Of a DNA stretch of 64,000 nt, positions 17,160 to 26,618 are shown piece by piece. Positions within the stretch are counted from its first letter, which is position 1. The number at the start of each line of letters is the position of its first letter. The translations under genes were made by a program, and so were the position numbers. This DNA comes from Candidatus Woesearchaeota archaeon (GTDB lineage: Archaea > Nanobdellota > Nanobdellia > Woesearchaeales > JABGUJ01). The DNA lies in the NCBI GenBank assembly GCA_018646625.1, contig JABGUJ010000002.1, positions 1 to 64,000 of the forward strand, written 5' to 3'. The notes under the pieces were generated by a model. That model searched no databases. It saw only the letters and a list, made by a program, of their open reading frames with translations, and was not told where the DNA came from.

Positions 17160-18384
17160 GAGGGGAATGATATTATTGTTACTTACAGTGGCGTTCGTGT
17201 TTACGCTAAGTTTTGCTTCTTTGGTGAATGCTGTCTTCTTGGATAAACACGGGGGAAACAAGCCTTCGGGTTGGGGTGTGATGGGTCATCCATCCTACAA
17301 TAGAATGTATGAGGGTGGAAATATTCTAGGATATAATTTTATTGGTGATATGCCTTGGACTGATGAGCCGGATGAATATGCTTATGACGTCATAATGGCA
17401 TTTACTACGCCGGATTGGTTGGGATTAGCTATTTGTGCTGCTTCAACTACTATGGACTTTGGTACTGCTGTTGCTGGTGGCGGCATTATGGGTAGAAATA
17501 GAGGCAGTTTCTATGTTAGTGCAAATGCTGAGATTGGAAAGCCCTTCTGGAACTTTGATAAGTGTGGTAATCCATTTAATAGTACTTACATGGAAGATGA
17601 GGGTCTTACTAATTGTAATGTGATGGAAATGGAATCGATGACCGATCCTACATCAGCTAATTTTCGTAATTGCTCTCCTTGTATGAGTGTGCCTTTGTAT
17701 GCTGAATGGAAAATAGGAATACCTGCAACTAGTAAAGGTCTTACAGGAGATCTAGAAGACCATTTATATTATTCAGTTTACTTCATTAATGATGATGAAA
17801 TAGGGATTGAACCTGGTGAGGGTGATTACGGAATGGGTGAAGAACTTGTGCTCTCAGAATATGGAGAATATGAAGAAGGTGGCTGGGGTTCTGGTTGGGG
17901 TGAACCTAGTGAGGACATTAGATCTTCTGAGATTGAAATTGAGAAACTTATTTTTGCTGAGAATCCTGAAGGTGTTAAGTATGCCTGTTCTTATTTGACT
18001 GGTGATGACAGAGGCAGCGGAGATTACGATGATATTTTGGATATCTGTAAAGTGTCTGCCGGCGGAAACTCTCACAAGTTTGCAACTGCTTATATTCCTG
18101 CAACTTCATTCTTAACTGAAGCTGTGGATTTCATCGTAGTTGAAGGCAAAATGTGGGATGAAGACGATCTAACTGAAGAATTCGCATATCCTTTTCCTGT
18201 AATAAGTTATAGACATGTTCCTTCAGAACAAGTACTTCAAGAGATGTGCGAGGGTAGTGATGATTTTCCGTGTAGTGAACTGGATTTTGATTATGACAGT
18301 AGTTCAACTAGTTCTTCTAGTTCTTCTTCTGGTGGTGCTGCACTCGGGAATTCAGGAAGTTTTGGAGCGAGTCATTCGGAGTGA
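17143..18384 (+). CDS. Secreted acidic Cys-containing hypothetical protein
   Basis: 413 aa with a signal peptide; overlaps the upstream stop; Ser-rich C-terminus. Confidence 0.75.
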   Translation: MAKMVKRGMILLLLTVAFVFTLSFASLVNAVFLDKHGGNKPSGWGVMGHPSYNRMYEGGNILGYNFIGDMPWTDEPDEYAYDVIMAFTTPDWLGLAICAASTTMDFGTAVAGGGIMGRNRGSFYVSANAEIGKPFWNFDKCGNPFNSTYMEDEGLTNCNVMEMESMTDPTSANFRNCSPCMSVPLYAEWKIGIPATSKGLTGDLEDHLYYSVYFINDDEIGIEPGEGDYGMGEELVLSEYGEYEEGGWGSGWGEPSEDIRSSEIEIEKLIFAENPEGVKYACSYLTGDDRGSGDYDDILDICKVSAGGNSHKFATAYIPATSFLTEAVDFIVVEGKMWDEDDLTEEFAYPFPVISYRHVPSEQVLQEMCEGSDDFPCSELDFDYDSSSTSSSSSSSGGAALGNSGSFGASHSE

Positions 18385-19169
18385 TGAAATTGAAGAAAGC
18401 ATCTTACTTTTCGAAATTAGTGAGCGATTTCGGTAAAAGTTTTTCTTTTAAATTGAATCACCTTTATATCTATCTATCCGATTTTGTTTTGTTTGCTGTT
18501 ATTATAATCTCTTATTTGATTTTTCAGAGTGTGTTGCATGTTAAATCAAAAGCGTTAGAGAGTTCACTTAAAATATCGCCTGAGGCGTTGATTGAGAGTA
18601 TAACTGCACTTGATCCTTTTTTTGATGTGGCGAAAAACTTTATCTTCTCCATAGTTGGGGGATTCATAGTTGTGTTAATAATTATTCTTGCAGTTTATGT
18701 ATTATCGAGAGGATTCATCTGGCATCTTTATTTCGATAGGAAATTAAGCACTAAATATTTCTTAAAGTTTCTTTTGATGAGTGTACTATGGTTTGTCATA
18801 GTTATCTTATTCATAACAGCACTAAAATTTATGTTTAGGGAAACACTTTTCTTTATCTCATTGTTTATATTGGTTCCATTCTACATATATTTTACAACAT
18901 ATCTACACATACTTTGGGATGAAAAGAATGCGTGGAAAACAATTAAGTTAGCTATAAAGACGGGGTTTAAACACTTAAAGTATCATATTGTTCCTGCGAT
19001 TTTGGCATTGATTATTCTAATCATTGTCTCGATAATACTAATAGGCCTTGAGATGTTCTTAGCAAGTGCATTTGACACTATAATGGCGCTTATCTTGATA
19101 CTCTATTTAGTGTGGTTGAGAAACTATATTTATCATGTTTATCTCTCCATATCTAAGCGTAAGCATTAA
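18381..19169 (+). CDS. Multi-pass (about 6-7 TM) membrane protein, paralog of 41356..42120
   Basis: Hydrophobic helices. IWHLYFDRKLSTKYFLKFLLMSVLWFVI aligns by eye with IYDLMLDKRFSFEFYYKMILVALVWFVL. Confidence 0.75.
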   Translation: MMKLKKASYFSKLVSDFGKSFSFKLNHLYIYLSDFVLFAVIIISYLIFQSVLHVKSKALESSLKISPEALIESITALDPFFDVAKNFIFSIVGGFIVVLIIILAVYVLSRGFIWHLYFDRKLSTKYFLKFLLMSVLWFVIVILFITALKFMFRETLFFISLFILVPFYIYFTTYLHILWDEKNAWKTIKLAIKTGFKHLKYHIVPAILALIILIIVSIILIGLEMFLASAFDTIMALILILYLVWLRNYIYHVYLSISKRKH

Positions 19170-19194
19170 ATAAGGGTTTTTCTTTGTTTTTGTT

Positions 19195-21171
19195 ATGAAG
19201 TTAAGAAAGATAGAAGTTATTTTGTTGATTATTCTCGTCTTATTTGCATTTGGAGTCAGATTAGTAACGCTACCTAAAGGAGATTTCCTGGGAGCAGATA
19301 ATTTCTATCATTATTCTATCTTAAAGCAATCTTATGAAAATAAAGAACTGTCTACTGATAATAATCTAGATGTGTGTTATGAGGGTGTTAAAGGTGGACA
19401 TCCTGTTGGATTTTATTTAATTCCTTATTGGTTATCCTATATTATGGGTCCTTTTAATGCATTAGCAATATCATCAGCGCTATACGCTGCCATCTCGATC
19501 TTACTCTGTTTTCTTCTGTTTAAACTATTGTTCAACTCACAAATTGCGTTCATTGCATCATTCCTAATTGCGGGAACAAATGCGCACTTAGCGCGTAGCG
19601 TTGCGTTGATATACAAAGGAGACAACTTGATCTCTATTTTTCTCTTCTTGGGCTTGATATTTGCTGTAAAGATGCTTGAAGAAGATAGACTGCGTCTTAA
19701 GTTATACTATGCATTAGGTGTTGGGTTTGCAACAGGGCTGGCGACGATGTTCTGGAATGGCTATTTACTTGTTCTTGCAATAGTTAATACTTCGATTATT
19801 CTCTATATTCTTTATGAGTATATTAAACAGAAGGAGGTTAGATTAAACTTAATTGCTGCCTCAGTTGCTTTGGCGGTACAATTTGTTCTAGTTGAAGCAT
19901 TAGGTCATATGTTTGTAACTATTTTTGCTGATTTCTATAAAGTAACTTATATTTTATATTTTATTCTACCTGCTTTTATTCTATTTGGAGTATTAGAGAT
20001 ATTTGGTAGACTAGGACAAAAAGATGTTAGATTAAGATATTTGCCGTTTGTATTGTTTGCTCTATTTGGATTAATTATTTTTGTTTGGAAGTTTGCAATG
20101 ATTCTAGAAATACTGACTGGTTTTGGTTACATTAAAGCTGACGATCCATTCTCGCAGAATATACAAGAATTAACTCCTTTAACTTGGAGCTATCTTTGGT
20201 TTCATGTTTGGTTTTTTATTCTAACTGCAATTGGCGGACTGTATTTTCTATTTAAGAATATGACTGCAAAAAGAGTCTTTGCGATTTTACTGGTTGTGGT
20301 GTTTGGTTATATGATGATTGTTTCCAAGCGATATGTCTTTTTAGCGTCTATCCCTATACAACTTTGTTCTGCATTATTCATCTATGCATTAATTAATAGT
20401 TTTAAGAAATATAAGAAGTGGCTATATGTTGTTCCTATTTTGTTGATTTTAGTTAATGCTGCTTATTCTGTTAATGCGGTTACTACTCACCTTAATCCTA
20501 GGGTGGATGATGATTTTAAGAATTCATTGTATTATTTACAAGATAATTCTGAAGATAAAAGTTGTGTTATTTCAACTTGGGAAAAAGGTGGGATGGTGCA
20601 AGCGTATTCTGGAAGACATTCTTATACCTCGTCTGTTGGTGGGCAACACATAGAAAGAATTAAAACAGTAAACGATTTCTTTCTAAATAACATTAATCAA
20701 TTCACACAGGAAAATCTATACGTTCTTGTACAAGAATCTGACTTGCTTCAAATCAAAAGCATGACTCCTTTGATTGAAACGGAGAACATTGGTGGTTCTA
20801 TTATTGCGGTAACTTCTTTGCAAGACAAAGGAGAATACGAGGAAATGATTCTACAATCTAATGTCGATGGCAAGAGATATATGATTAATCGTTACAAAGA
20901 TGGATCGAATGTTGAGTTCTATATTCTGAATGGTGCGGAGAGAACATCTATCAAGACTCTTATTGTCAAACAGACAGATAAGCCGACTGCAGTTGTTGAA
21001 AAATCAGAATATAATGATGATGGTTGTTTATTTATAGGGAACAAAATCTCTGCTTATTTTTCAAGAGCACTTTGTGACTCTAATCTTGTTAGGTTAATTG
21101 CGGATTTAGATGTTGAAGATTTAACTAAAACATATTCGGGTAGAGGAATTTCTATATACAAGTTTAATTAA
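19195..21171 (+). CDS. aglB: STT3/AglB-like oligosaccharyltransferase (GT-C) with divergent motifs
   Basis: About 13 TM segments then a soluble C-terminal domain. GADNFYH (cf. DPYYH), ARS, NIQEL (cf. TIxE) and VISTWEKG at the WWDYG position. Confidence 0.7.
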   Translation: MKLRKIEVILLIILVLFAFGVRLVTLPKGDFLGADNFYHYSILKQSYENKELSTDNNLDVCYEGVKGGHPVGFYLIPYWLSYIMGPFNALAISSALYAAISILLCFLLFKLLFNSQIAFIASFLIAGTNAHLARSVALIYKGDNLISIFLFLGLIFAVKMLEEDRLRLKLYYALGVGFATGLATMFWNGYLLVLAIVNTSIILYILYEYIKQKEVRLNLIAASVALAVQFVLVEALGHMFVTIFADFYKVTYILYFILPAFILFGVLEIFGRLGQKDVRLRYLPFVLFALFGLIIFVWKFAMILEILTGFGYIKADDPFSQNIQELTPLTWSYLWFHVWFFILTAIGGLYFLFKNMTAKRVFAILLVVVFGYMMIVSKRYVFLASIPIQLCSALFIYALINSFKKYKKWLYVVPILLILVNAAYSVNAVTTHLNPRVDDDFKNSLYYLQDNSEDKSCVISTWEKGGMVQAYSGRHSYTSSVGGQHIERIKTVNDFFLNNINQFTQENLYVLVQESDLLQIKSMTPLIETENIGGSIIAVTSLQDKGEYEEMILQSNVDGKRYMINRYKDGSNVEFYILNGAERTSIKTLIVKQTDKPTAVVEKSEYNDDGCLFIGNKISAYFSRALCDSNLVRLIADLDVEDLTKTYSGRGISIYKFN

Positions 21172-21188
21172 AAAAATAAGAATAAGAT

Positions 21189-21401
21189 TTACTCTGTTTT
21201 CTTGGTAACAAACTCAGTGTAATTGCATTTACCGCAAGTTACTCTGTTTTTATGCTGACCTAGAAAAACTCCTACACCGCATTTAGGACAGAACTTATGG
21301 TCTCTTTCTGCTTTATCACCTGAGACTTTATAGTGTTGCCATTTCTTTGATGTTAGCTTCGTCTTCTTCTCTTTCTTTCCTTTTGCTTCTTTCTTTGCCA
21401 T
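21189..21401 (-). CDS. rps27ae: 30S ribosomal protein S27ae
   Basis: [28 protein letters not shown] signature; follows rps24e. Confidence 0.95.
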   Translation of the reverse strand: MAKKEAKGKKEKKTKLTSKKWQHYKVSGDKAERDHKFCPKCGVGVFLGQHKNRVTCGKCNYTEFVTKKTE

Positions 21402-21414
21402 TTTCTAGTGTGAT

Positions 21415-21852
21415 TTATTCAGCAGGTTTTTCTGCTTCTTTCTTTTTTTCTTCTTCAGCTGGTTTCTCTTCAGCAGGAGCTTCTTCTTTTTTCTCTTCCT
21501 CGGCAGGCTTTTCCTCTGCTGCAGGTGCTTCTTCGGCTGGTTTTTCTTTAGCAGGAGCTTCTTCTTTTTTCACTTCAGGTTCCTTATGTTTCTCAACCAG
21601 TTTCTTAAGCTCGAATTTTTCTAGTTCTTCTTTATTATCGTAAACGTGAGCAATAACTTTAACATCGCTTTTTCCATATTTAGGATAAATGTGTTTTAGA
21701 ATAACTAATTCAGGATCTTTATTAAGTTTCTTTGCTAATTGTTTTTTAAGATCTAATCTAGATGGTGTTGGACCTTCTGATTGAATCATAGCAGAGACTC
21801 TTTTTCTCGATAGTAACTGCATATCTTTTTCTTTTAAAATCTCTATATCCAT
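21415..21852 (-). CDS. rps24e: 30S ribosomal protein S24e with an acidic repetitive C-terminal tail
   Basis: KEKDMQLLSRK...TPSR...AHVYD core followed by repeated EKPAEE/EAPAEE. Confidence 0.92.
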   Translation of the reverse strand: MDIEILKEKDMQLLSRKRVSAMIQSEGPTPSRLDLKKQLAKKLNKDPELVILKHIYPKYGKSDVKVIAHVYDNKEELEKFELKKLVEKHKEPEVKKEEAPAKEKPAEEAPAAEEKPAEEEKKEEAPAEEKPAEEEKKKEAEKPAE

Positions 21853-21858
21853 TTTAAC

Positions 21859-22044
21859 TTACCTACACTTTATTGCATATTCGCCTTTAACTTCAATTCC
21901 GATCTTTTGTGCGACTTCTGATTTGTTTGCGTCACTTATATAGATTCTTCCTTGCCAGTTAGTCGAAAAATTAGATGTTTTATCGACCGGGCATTCGTCG
22001 CCTTCAATAAACATCTTGCATGATTTGCATACTTTCTTTTTCAT
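21859..22044 (-). CDS. spt4: Transcription elongation factor Spt4 (RpoE'')
   Basis: CKSC...CPV...STNWQG...SEVAQKIGI...GEYAIK. Confidence 0.93.
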   Translation of the reverse strand: MKKKVCKSCKMFIEGDECPVDKTSNFSTNWQGRIYISDANKSEVAQKIGIEVKGEYAIKCR

Positions 22045-22053
22045 TTTATCCTC

Positions 22054-22608
22054 TTACTTAGCTTTTTTAGGTTTGTTTTTATCTTCTTCCATCCATTCAA
22101 ACTTACCTAACCATGGTTGTCTCATAGTTAATCCGAGTTTAGGATTATTTACATCTTTAAAGCTAACTGCGATCATTCTTGCTCTACATCTATCTCCGCC
22201 TTTAAGAGATCTCTTGGATTCTTTTCCGTTAAGTACTCCGTCTTTACCGAAGCTTACGAAATCATCCATTGTTTGTGAAACGTGAATCATTCCCTCGATC
22301 GGGCCTATGTTAATGAATGCACCAAAATCAGTTATGTCTTTTATTCTACCAAGAACAACTTCTTGCATTTCTGGTTTGTATGTTACTAATTCAAATTCAG
22401 AACTATAAAATGATGCACCGTCGCCAGGTATCACAGTTCCATCTTCGATTTTTTTAACATCTGAAACATCAATTACGATGCCTATCTCTGGAGAGATGTA
22501 ACCATCGTACTTCTTCTTAATCATTTTTATGACCGCTTCTTTTGTGCTAACTCCGAATAACTCGGGTGACACTCTGATGTGGTCTTTTACAGTTGTTTTG
22601 TAAAACAT
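22054..22608 (-). CDS. rpoE1: DNA-directed RNA polymerase subunit E' (Rpo7)
   Basis: IPGDGA, FGAFINIGPIEGMIHVSQ and LTMRQPWLGK. ATG at 22608 (the ORF is open from 22617). Confidence 0.95.
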   Translation of the reverse strand: MFYKTTVKDHIRVSPELFGVSTKEAVIKMIKKKYDGYISPEIGIVIDVSDVKKIEDGTVIPGDGASFYSSEFELVTYKPEMQEVVLGRIKDITDFGAFINIGPIEGMIHVSQTMDDFVSFGKDGVLNGKESKRSLKGGDRCRARMIAVSFKDVNNPKLGLTMRQPWLGKFEWMEEDKNKPKKAK

Positions 22609-22609
22609 T

Positions 22610-23002
22610 TCACACAAACCTCAGATATTTTTTTTGTCTAAGCGTTAAGACCTTAGCTTTCTTGGCTTTTACGCGCTCTTTGAGCCCTTTGTCTTGTGTA
22701 CAGACAACCCAATTTTCATCGACAAGCTCAACTATCTGATCATCAACGTATGAGTCCGATTCTGAACTTATGATATTTATTTGTTGCGCTTTTAATATGT
22801 CTAAAGCCAGCTTCGAAGCTCTTTTATCTGCTCCTTTGCCGCATTCTAAGATCTTATCTATCTCTTTTAAGCTATCCCTTAGTATATTGAGCTTACTTTT
22901 CGGTCCACAGTTCTCTCTGATCTCTGTATAGATATCTACGCCAAATTGGCCCGGTATGAGTAGAAAGTTCGTATCTAAGAGCACTTTTGCAGGTTGAGCC
23001 AT
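22610..23002 (-). CDS. PIN-domain protein (Fcf1/Utp24-like)
   Basis: VLLDTNFLLIP...E...DD...TQDKGLK; conserved archaeal position upstream of rpoE1. Confidence 0.88.
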   Translation of the reverse strand: MAQPAKVLLDTNFLLIPGQFGVDIYTEIRENCGPKSKLNILRDSLKEIDKILECGKGADKRASKLALDILKAQQINIISSESDSYVDDQIVELVDENWVVCTQDKGLKERVKAKKAKVLTLRQKKYLRFV

Positions 23003-23011
23003 ATTTAAACG

Positions 23012-25027
23012 TCAGCTTTGTCTTTTTATAAAGCTTTGTGTCGCCTTGAATTGGGCAACTATGAATTTATCTGATTTGTAGAGCCATCTTCTTATCTTTT
23101 GCCAGAAGCTCAATTTATTCAACCAAGTGTTAAATGTAAGATCTTCCGTGTATTGGTTTCCTTTCTTGTCTTTAAACGATATACTTATTCTTCCAACATT
23201 GTCTCCATCCTTTAATCCCATTGAACTAAAGCTTAATGTGAATTTCTGATCGCCATCTAAGATAGGTGTGTGAAATTCTTCGAAGTCTCCATTTTGTTGA
23301 ATAATTAAGTTTACATCTTGAGGGTTGGAGGTTGAATGTTTCTCAACAATGAATGATACATCGTAGTATTGATTAAAGTCAACTTTTTTTGGTACTTTGA
23401 TTTCATTAACTATTATCTCTGGTTTGTCTGCGATGTAGGATTGAATGTAATCTTTTTTGTTGATTGATTCTCCTCTTAATGAGAACATTAGTTCTTGAAC
23501 GCCTAGTGTTGTTATTTGGTTTTTGAGTTTAATTGTTTTCTTTTCATTTTCGTTTATTGATGTTTTTGTACATTCGTTTTCAAAACAAACACTAACTGAT
23601 GCGTATCTCTTATTTTCTTTATTATTTATTGTACACTCTGCTTTTATTTCTTCATAATTATAATAGAATTCATCTTGAACTTCACACTTAAATTCAATAC
23701 TGTCTTCTTCAACTATGGATTCTTGAGTTGCGTGTGATTCGACGTATCTCTCTGTAAACAATCTATCGTCGAATGATGCGCTAAAGCTGACTTTCGATGT
23801 TCTGTTAAATTGATCATATATTGTTATAGGGAAATTATATATTTTTCTTCGATCTAGTGTGTCTGAGATTCTAACTTTCCAGAAAATATGTTTTGTTTCT
23901 TTTGGTTTTAGTAGAATATGTTTAGTGAAGTCATCAAAATATTCTAACAATGTGGTTTTTGCAATACTTATGGTTACAGGTGAGTAATAGTCTTCAGTGT
24001 TTGTTAATTCTATAACTGCTAAGTTGTATGATCCAAAACCTACTGCTTTTTCTAGAACTTTGGTCTTGATTGCTAGTGGATTCTTAACTTCGCCTTTTCT
24101 TTCGATGATTTTGGTTTGTATTGCGGGTTCAGTTACTTCTAGATTAACATTTTTACCTTGCCATTCAAATTCAGTTGTACTCTCGCTAGAGTCTACTCCT
24201 ATCTTGCATGTTATGTGTAGTGGATTAATCCAACCAAATTCTGCATAAGTGACATCAAATGGAATCCAACCATATCTTGGAAAGTACACTTCTGACCAGC
24301 CATGCAATCCCCAGCTATCGTCAAATAGTTGTGAGTTTGTGTATGATATTCCAGAAACGAATCTTGCGGGAATGCCTGATGCTCTGCAAAGTCCGATGAA
24401 TAAATTTGTTAGTTCATCGCACACTCCCCTTCTTGTATTGAGCACTACACTGGATCTTTCTGATGCTTCTAACGATAGTGTATCGAGGCTATAGTTTATG
24501 TTCTTGTTCACCCATTCTGCAAGTGTGAATAATACTTCGTATAAGTCATTTTTATCTCCTATTAGTTGATTAGCAGTTTTCTTCACGACTGGATGATCTG
24601 AGTCAATGTTTGTTGATGGTTCTAGATATTTGTGTGTATCTTCAGGTAGATCTGTTAATGGGTACTGAACTTTACTTGTAACTTTCTTTATTCTGTTTTT
24701 AGCTTCAATCACAGAAGTTAGAGAGTAACTCATTTGTTGATCTGGATTGTTCCATTGAAATATGTATGAGTCTCCAAAATTTACTCCTTGGGGATCTGCT
24801 TTTATTGATAATATTTCTTGTTGCCATGTATTTTTTGGTATGAAAGACAAATTTACAAAAACATTTTTCAGATAATAGTTGCTTGAAGATGGTTTGACTG
24901 TCATCTCTGAGCTAATGGAATTTTCAATCAGAAATGATTCTGTATTGTAAAGCCATGAACTATCTTGGGCAGCTATTGCTGGGAGAATTATAAAGATCAT
25001 TAGAATTAACAGCATTACCTTTTTCAT
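23012..25027 (-). CDS. Secreted transglutaminase-like domain protein with C-terminal beta-sandwich domains
   Basis: Signal peptide; GVCDELTNLFIGLCRASGIPARFVSG...HGWSEVY...WIPFDVT triad. Confidence 0.88.
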   Translation of the reverse strand: MKKVMLLILMIFIILPAIAAQDSSWLYNTESFLIENSISSEMTVKPSSSNYYLKNVFVNLSFIPKNTWQQEILSIKADPQGVNFGDSYIFQWNNPDQQMSYSLTSVIEAKNRIKKVTSKVQYPLTDLPEDTHKYLEPSTNIDSDHPVVKKTANQLIGDKNDLYEVLFTLAEWVNKNINYSLDTLSLEASERSSVVLNTRRGVCDELTNLFIGLCRASGIPARFVSGISYTNSQLFDDSWGLHGWSEVYFPRYGWIPFDVTYAEFGWINPLHITCKIGVDSSESTTEFEWQGKNVNLEVTEPAIQTKIIERKGEVKNPLAIKTKVLEKAVGFGSYNLAVIELTNTEDYYSPVTISIAKTTLLEYFDDFTKHILLKPKETKHIFWKVRISDTLDRRKIYNFPITIYDQFNRTSKVSFSASFDDRLFTERYVESHATQESIVEEDSIEFKCEVQDEFYYNYEEIKAECTINNKENKRYASVSVCFENECTKTSINENEKKTIKLKNQITTLGVQELMFSLRGESINKKDYIQSYIADKPEIIVNEIKVPKKVDFNQYYDVSFIVEKHSTSNPQDVNLIIQQNGDFEEFHTPILDGDQKFTLSFSSMGLKDGDNVGRISISFKDKKGNQYTEDLTFNTWLNKLSFWQKIRRWLYKSDKFIVAQFKATQSFIKRQS

Positions 25028-25104
25028 TGATTTGATATCTTGTTTATTGATTTATAAAGATTTACTTAGAAATACTTAAAAATAATCCTTTGATTCGTGT
25101 ATCC

Positions 25105-25254
25105 ATGACAACTTATAGGCTAAATAAAGACGTTTTGAGGAAGGCTAAAGAATTGGGGCATTGCCCTTGTGATTTGAAGAAGGTTTGTCCCTGTGACGAA
25201 TTTCTGAATGATGATAAGTGTCATTGTAAAGCTTATGAAGTTGTTGAAGAGTAA
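25105..25254 (+). CDS. Minimal ferredoxin:thioredoxin reductase catalytic-subunit-like protein (49 aa); not in the ORF track
   Basis: Manual translation gives MTTYRLNKDVLRKAKELGHCPCDLKKVCPCDEFLNDDKCHCKAYEVVEE*, containing CPC-x5-CPC-x8-CHC. Confidence 0.7.
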   Translation: MTTYRLNKDVLRKAKELGHCPCDLKKVCPCDEFLNDDKCHCKAYEVVEE

Positions 25255-25278
25255 TTCTGTTTATTGTATAAAAGAAAA

Positions 25279-25393
25279 CGCCGCGGACGAGATTTGAACT
25301 CGCGTGCCCCGAAGGACATCGGATCTTCACAGGCCACCTAAAAGGCAGTGCCAATAGCAATCCGACGCTATGGCCAGACTAAGCGACCGCGGC
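25279..25393 (-). tRNA. tRNA-Ser (anticodon GCT) with a 30-nt intron at 37/38 (intron 25325-25354)
   Basis: Acceptor GCCGCGG/CCGCGGC with discriminator G, anticodon stem TCGGA/TCCGA, long variable arm TGTCCTTCGGGGCA, T-loop GTTCAAATC, and a relaxed BHB (TTGC:GTGA). Confidence 0.9.
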
Positions 25394-25472
25394 ATTGAGC
25401 TAGAAGTAAAATAGTTTATTTTTAAACGTTTCTATACCAATCTTTATATATCCATTTTGTGGCTCAAATACT

Positions 25473-26618
25473 ATGAGAATTGCGCTAATTAATGATATGA
25501 TCTATCCATATACTAAAGGTGGTATTGAGGTTAGAAACAAGCAGATCGCTGAGCGTCTTGCTAAACTAGGTCATGAAATCCATATATTTGGAGCTAGGCT
25601 TTGGGATGGGGATGATTTTGTAAGGAATGCTGTTAATTATCATGGCGTTCATTATTATAAACGAGTTTATGATGCTTCTGGAAAGCGAGATGCACTGAAT
25701 CCATTCATTTTTGCAAAAAAACTTCCAAAGGCTTTATCTAAATATGAGTTTGATGTAATAGACTGTAGCAGTTCTACTTACTTCCCCGCAATTAGTTGTG
25801 AAAGATATTGTAATCGTAATAATATTCCTTTAGTTGTTAGTTGGAACGAAGTTTTTGGTGATTATTGGGATGAATATGCTACTAATCCTATGAGCGCGAG
25901 AGTTGGTAAACGATATGAGAAAAAAGTTATGAACTTGAATGCAAATGTTTTGGCAGTTTCTAAATTTCTAAAGAATAGACTAGTTCAGTTTGGTGTTGAT
26001 GGTAAAAAGGTTACTGTTATTTCAAATGGTGTTGACCTTAAAGCTATTGGCCAAGCGAAAGCGGGTAAGAAAAAGTTTGATTTAATGTTTGCGGGCAGGT
26101 TGCAAAAATTGAAAAATGTGGATATGTTTGTTGAAGTGGTTAGGATTCTAAAAAAAGGGCATCCTAAGATATCTGCAATCATTTGTGGTGAGGGTCCTGA
26201 ACGGGATAGACTTAATCAATTAGTATTAAAACATAATCTTGTTAAGAATATTACTTTTACTGGTGCTGTGGAACAGTCTAAGGTTTATTCTTATATGAAA
26301 TCTTCTAAGATGTTAATTATGCCTTCAGAAACAGAAGGGTTTGGTATTGTTGCGATTGAAGCTGCCGCTGCGAGATTACCTGTGATTACTATTAATACTT
26401 TAAGAAATGCTGTTGTTGATGTGGTTAAAGATAAGAAAACTGGATTTGTTGTCGCTAAAGACGTGCTTCTTCTTGCCAAGGTATCTGAGATTTTGTTGAA
26501 AAACTCTAAGCTTAGAAAAAAGATGGGTGCCGAAGCATACAAATTAGTCAAAGAGAATTACACTTGGGACAATGTTGTTAAAAAGATCGAGAAATATTAC
26601 AAAAAAGTTAGTTCTTAG
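25473..26618 (+). CDS. Glycosyltransferase family 4 (GT-B)
   Basis: YPYTKGGIE, ISNGVD, FAGRL..KN and PSETEGFGIVAIEAAA. Confidence 0.92.
   Translation: MRIALINDMIYPYTKGGIEVRNKQIAERLAKLGHEIHIFGARLWDGDDFVRNAVNYHGVHYYKRVYDASGKRDALNPFIFAKKLPKALSKYEFDVIDCSSSTYFPAISCERYCNRNNIPLVVSWNEVFGDYWDEYATNPMSARVGKRYEKKVMNLNANVLAVSKFLKNRLVQFGVDGKKVTVISNGVDLKAIGQAKAGKKKFDLMFAGRLQKLKNVDMFVEVVRILKKGHPKISAIICGEGPERDRLNQLVLKHNLVKNITFTGAVEQSKVYSYMKSSKMLIMPSETEGFGIVAIEAAAARLPVITINTLRNAVVDVVKDKKTGFVVAKDVLLLAKVSEILLKNSKLRKKMGAEAYKLVKENYTWDNVVKKIEKYYKKVSS

Noticed and set aside
21415..21570. Short repeats that might be a CRISPR-like array
   Set aside because: They are degenerate codon repeats of the EKPAEE tail of S24e with no constant repeat-spacer structure. 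No CRISPR array or cas operon was seen in the window.
25145..25360. 71-aa minus-strand ORF
   Set aside because: It overlaps tRNA-Ser and is antisense to the better-supported CPC/CPC/CHC mini-ORF.
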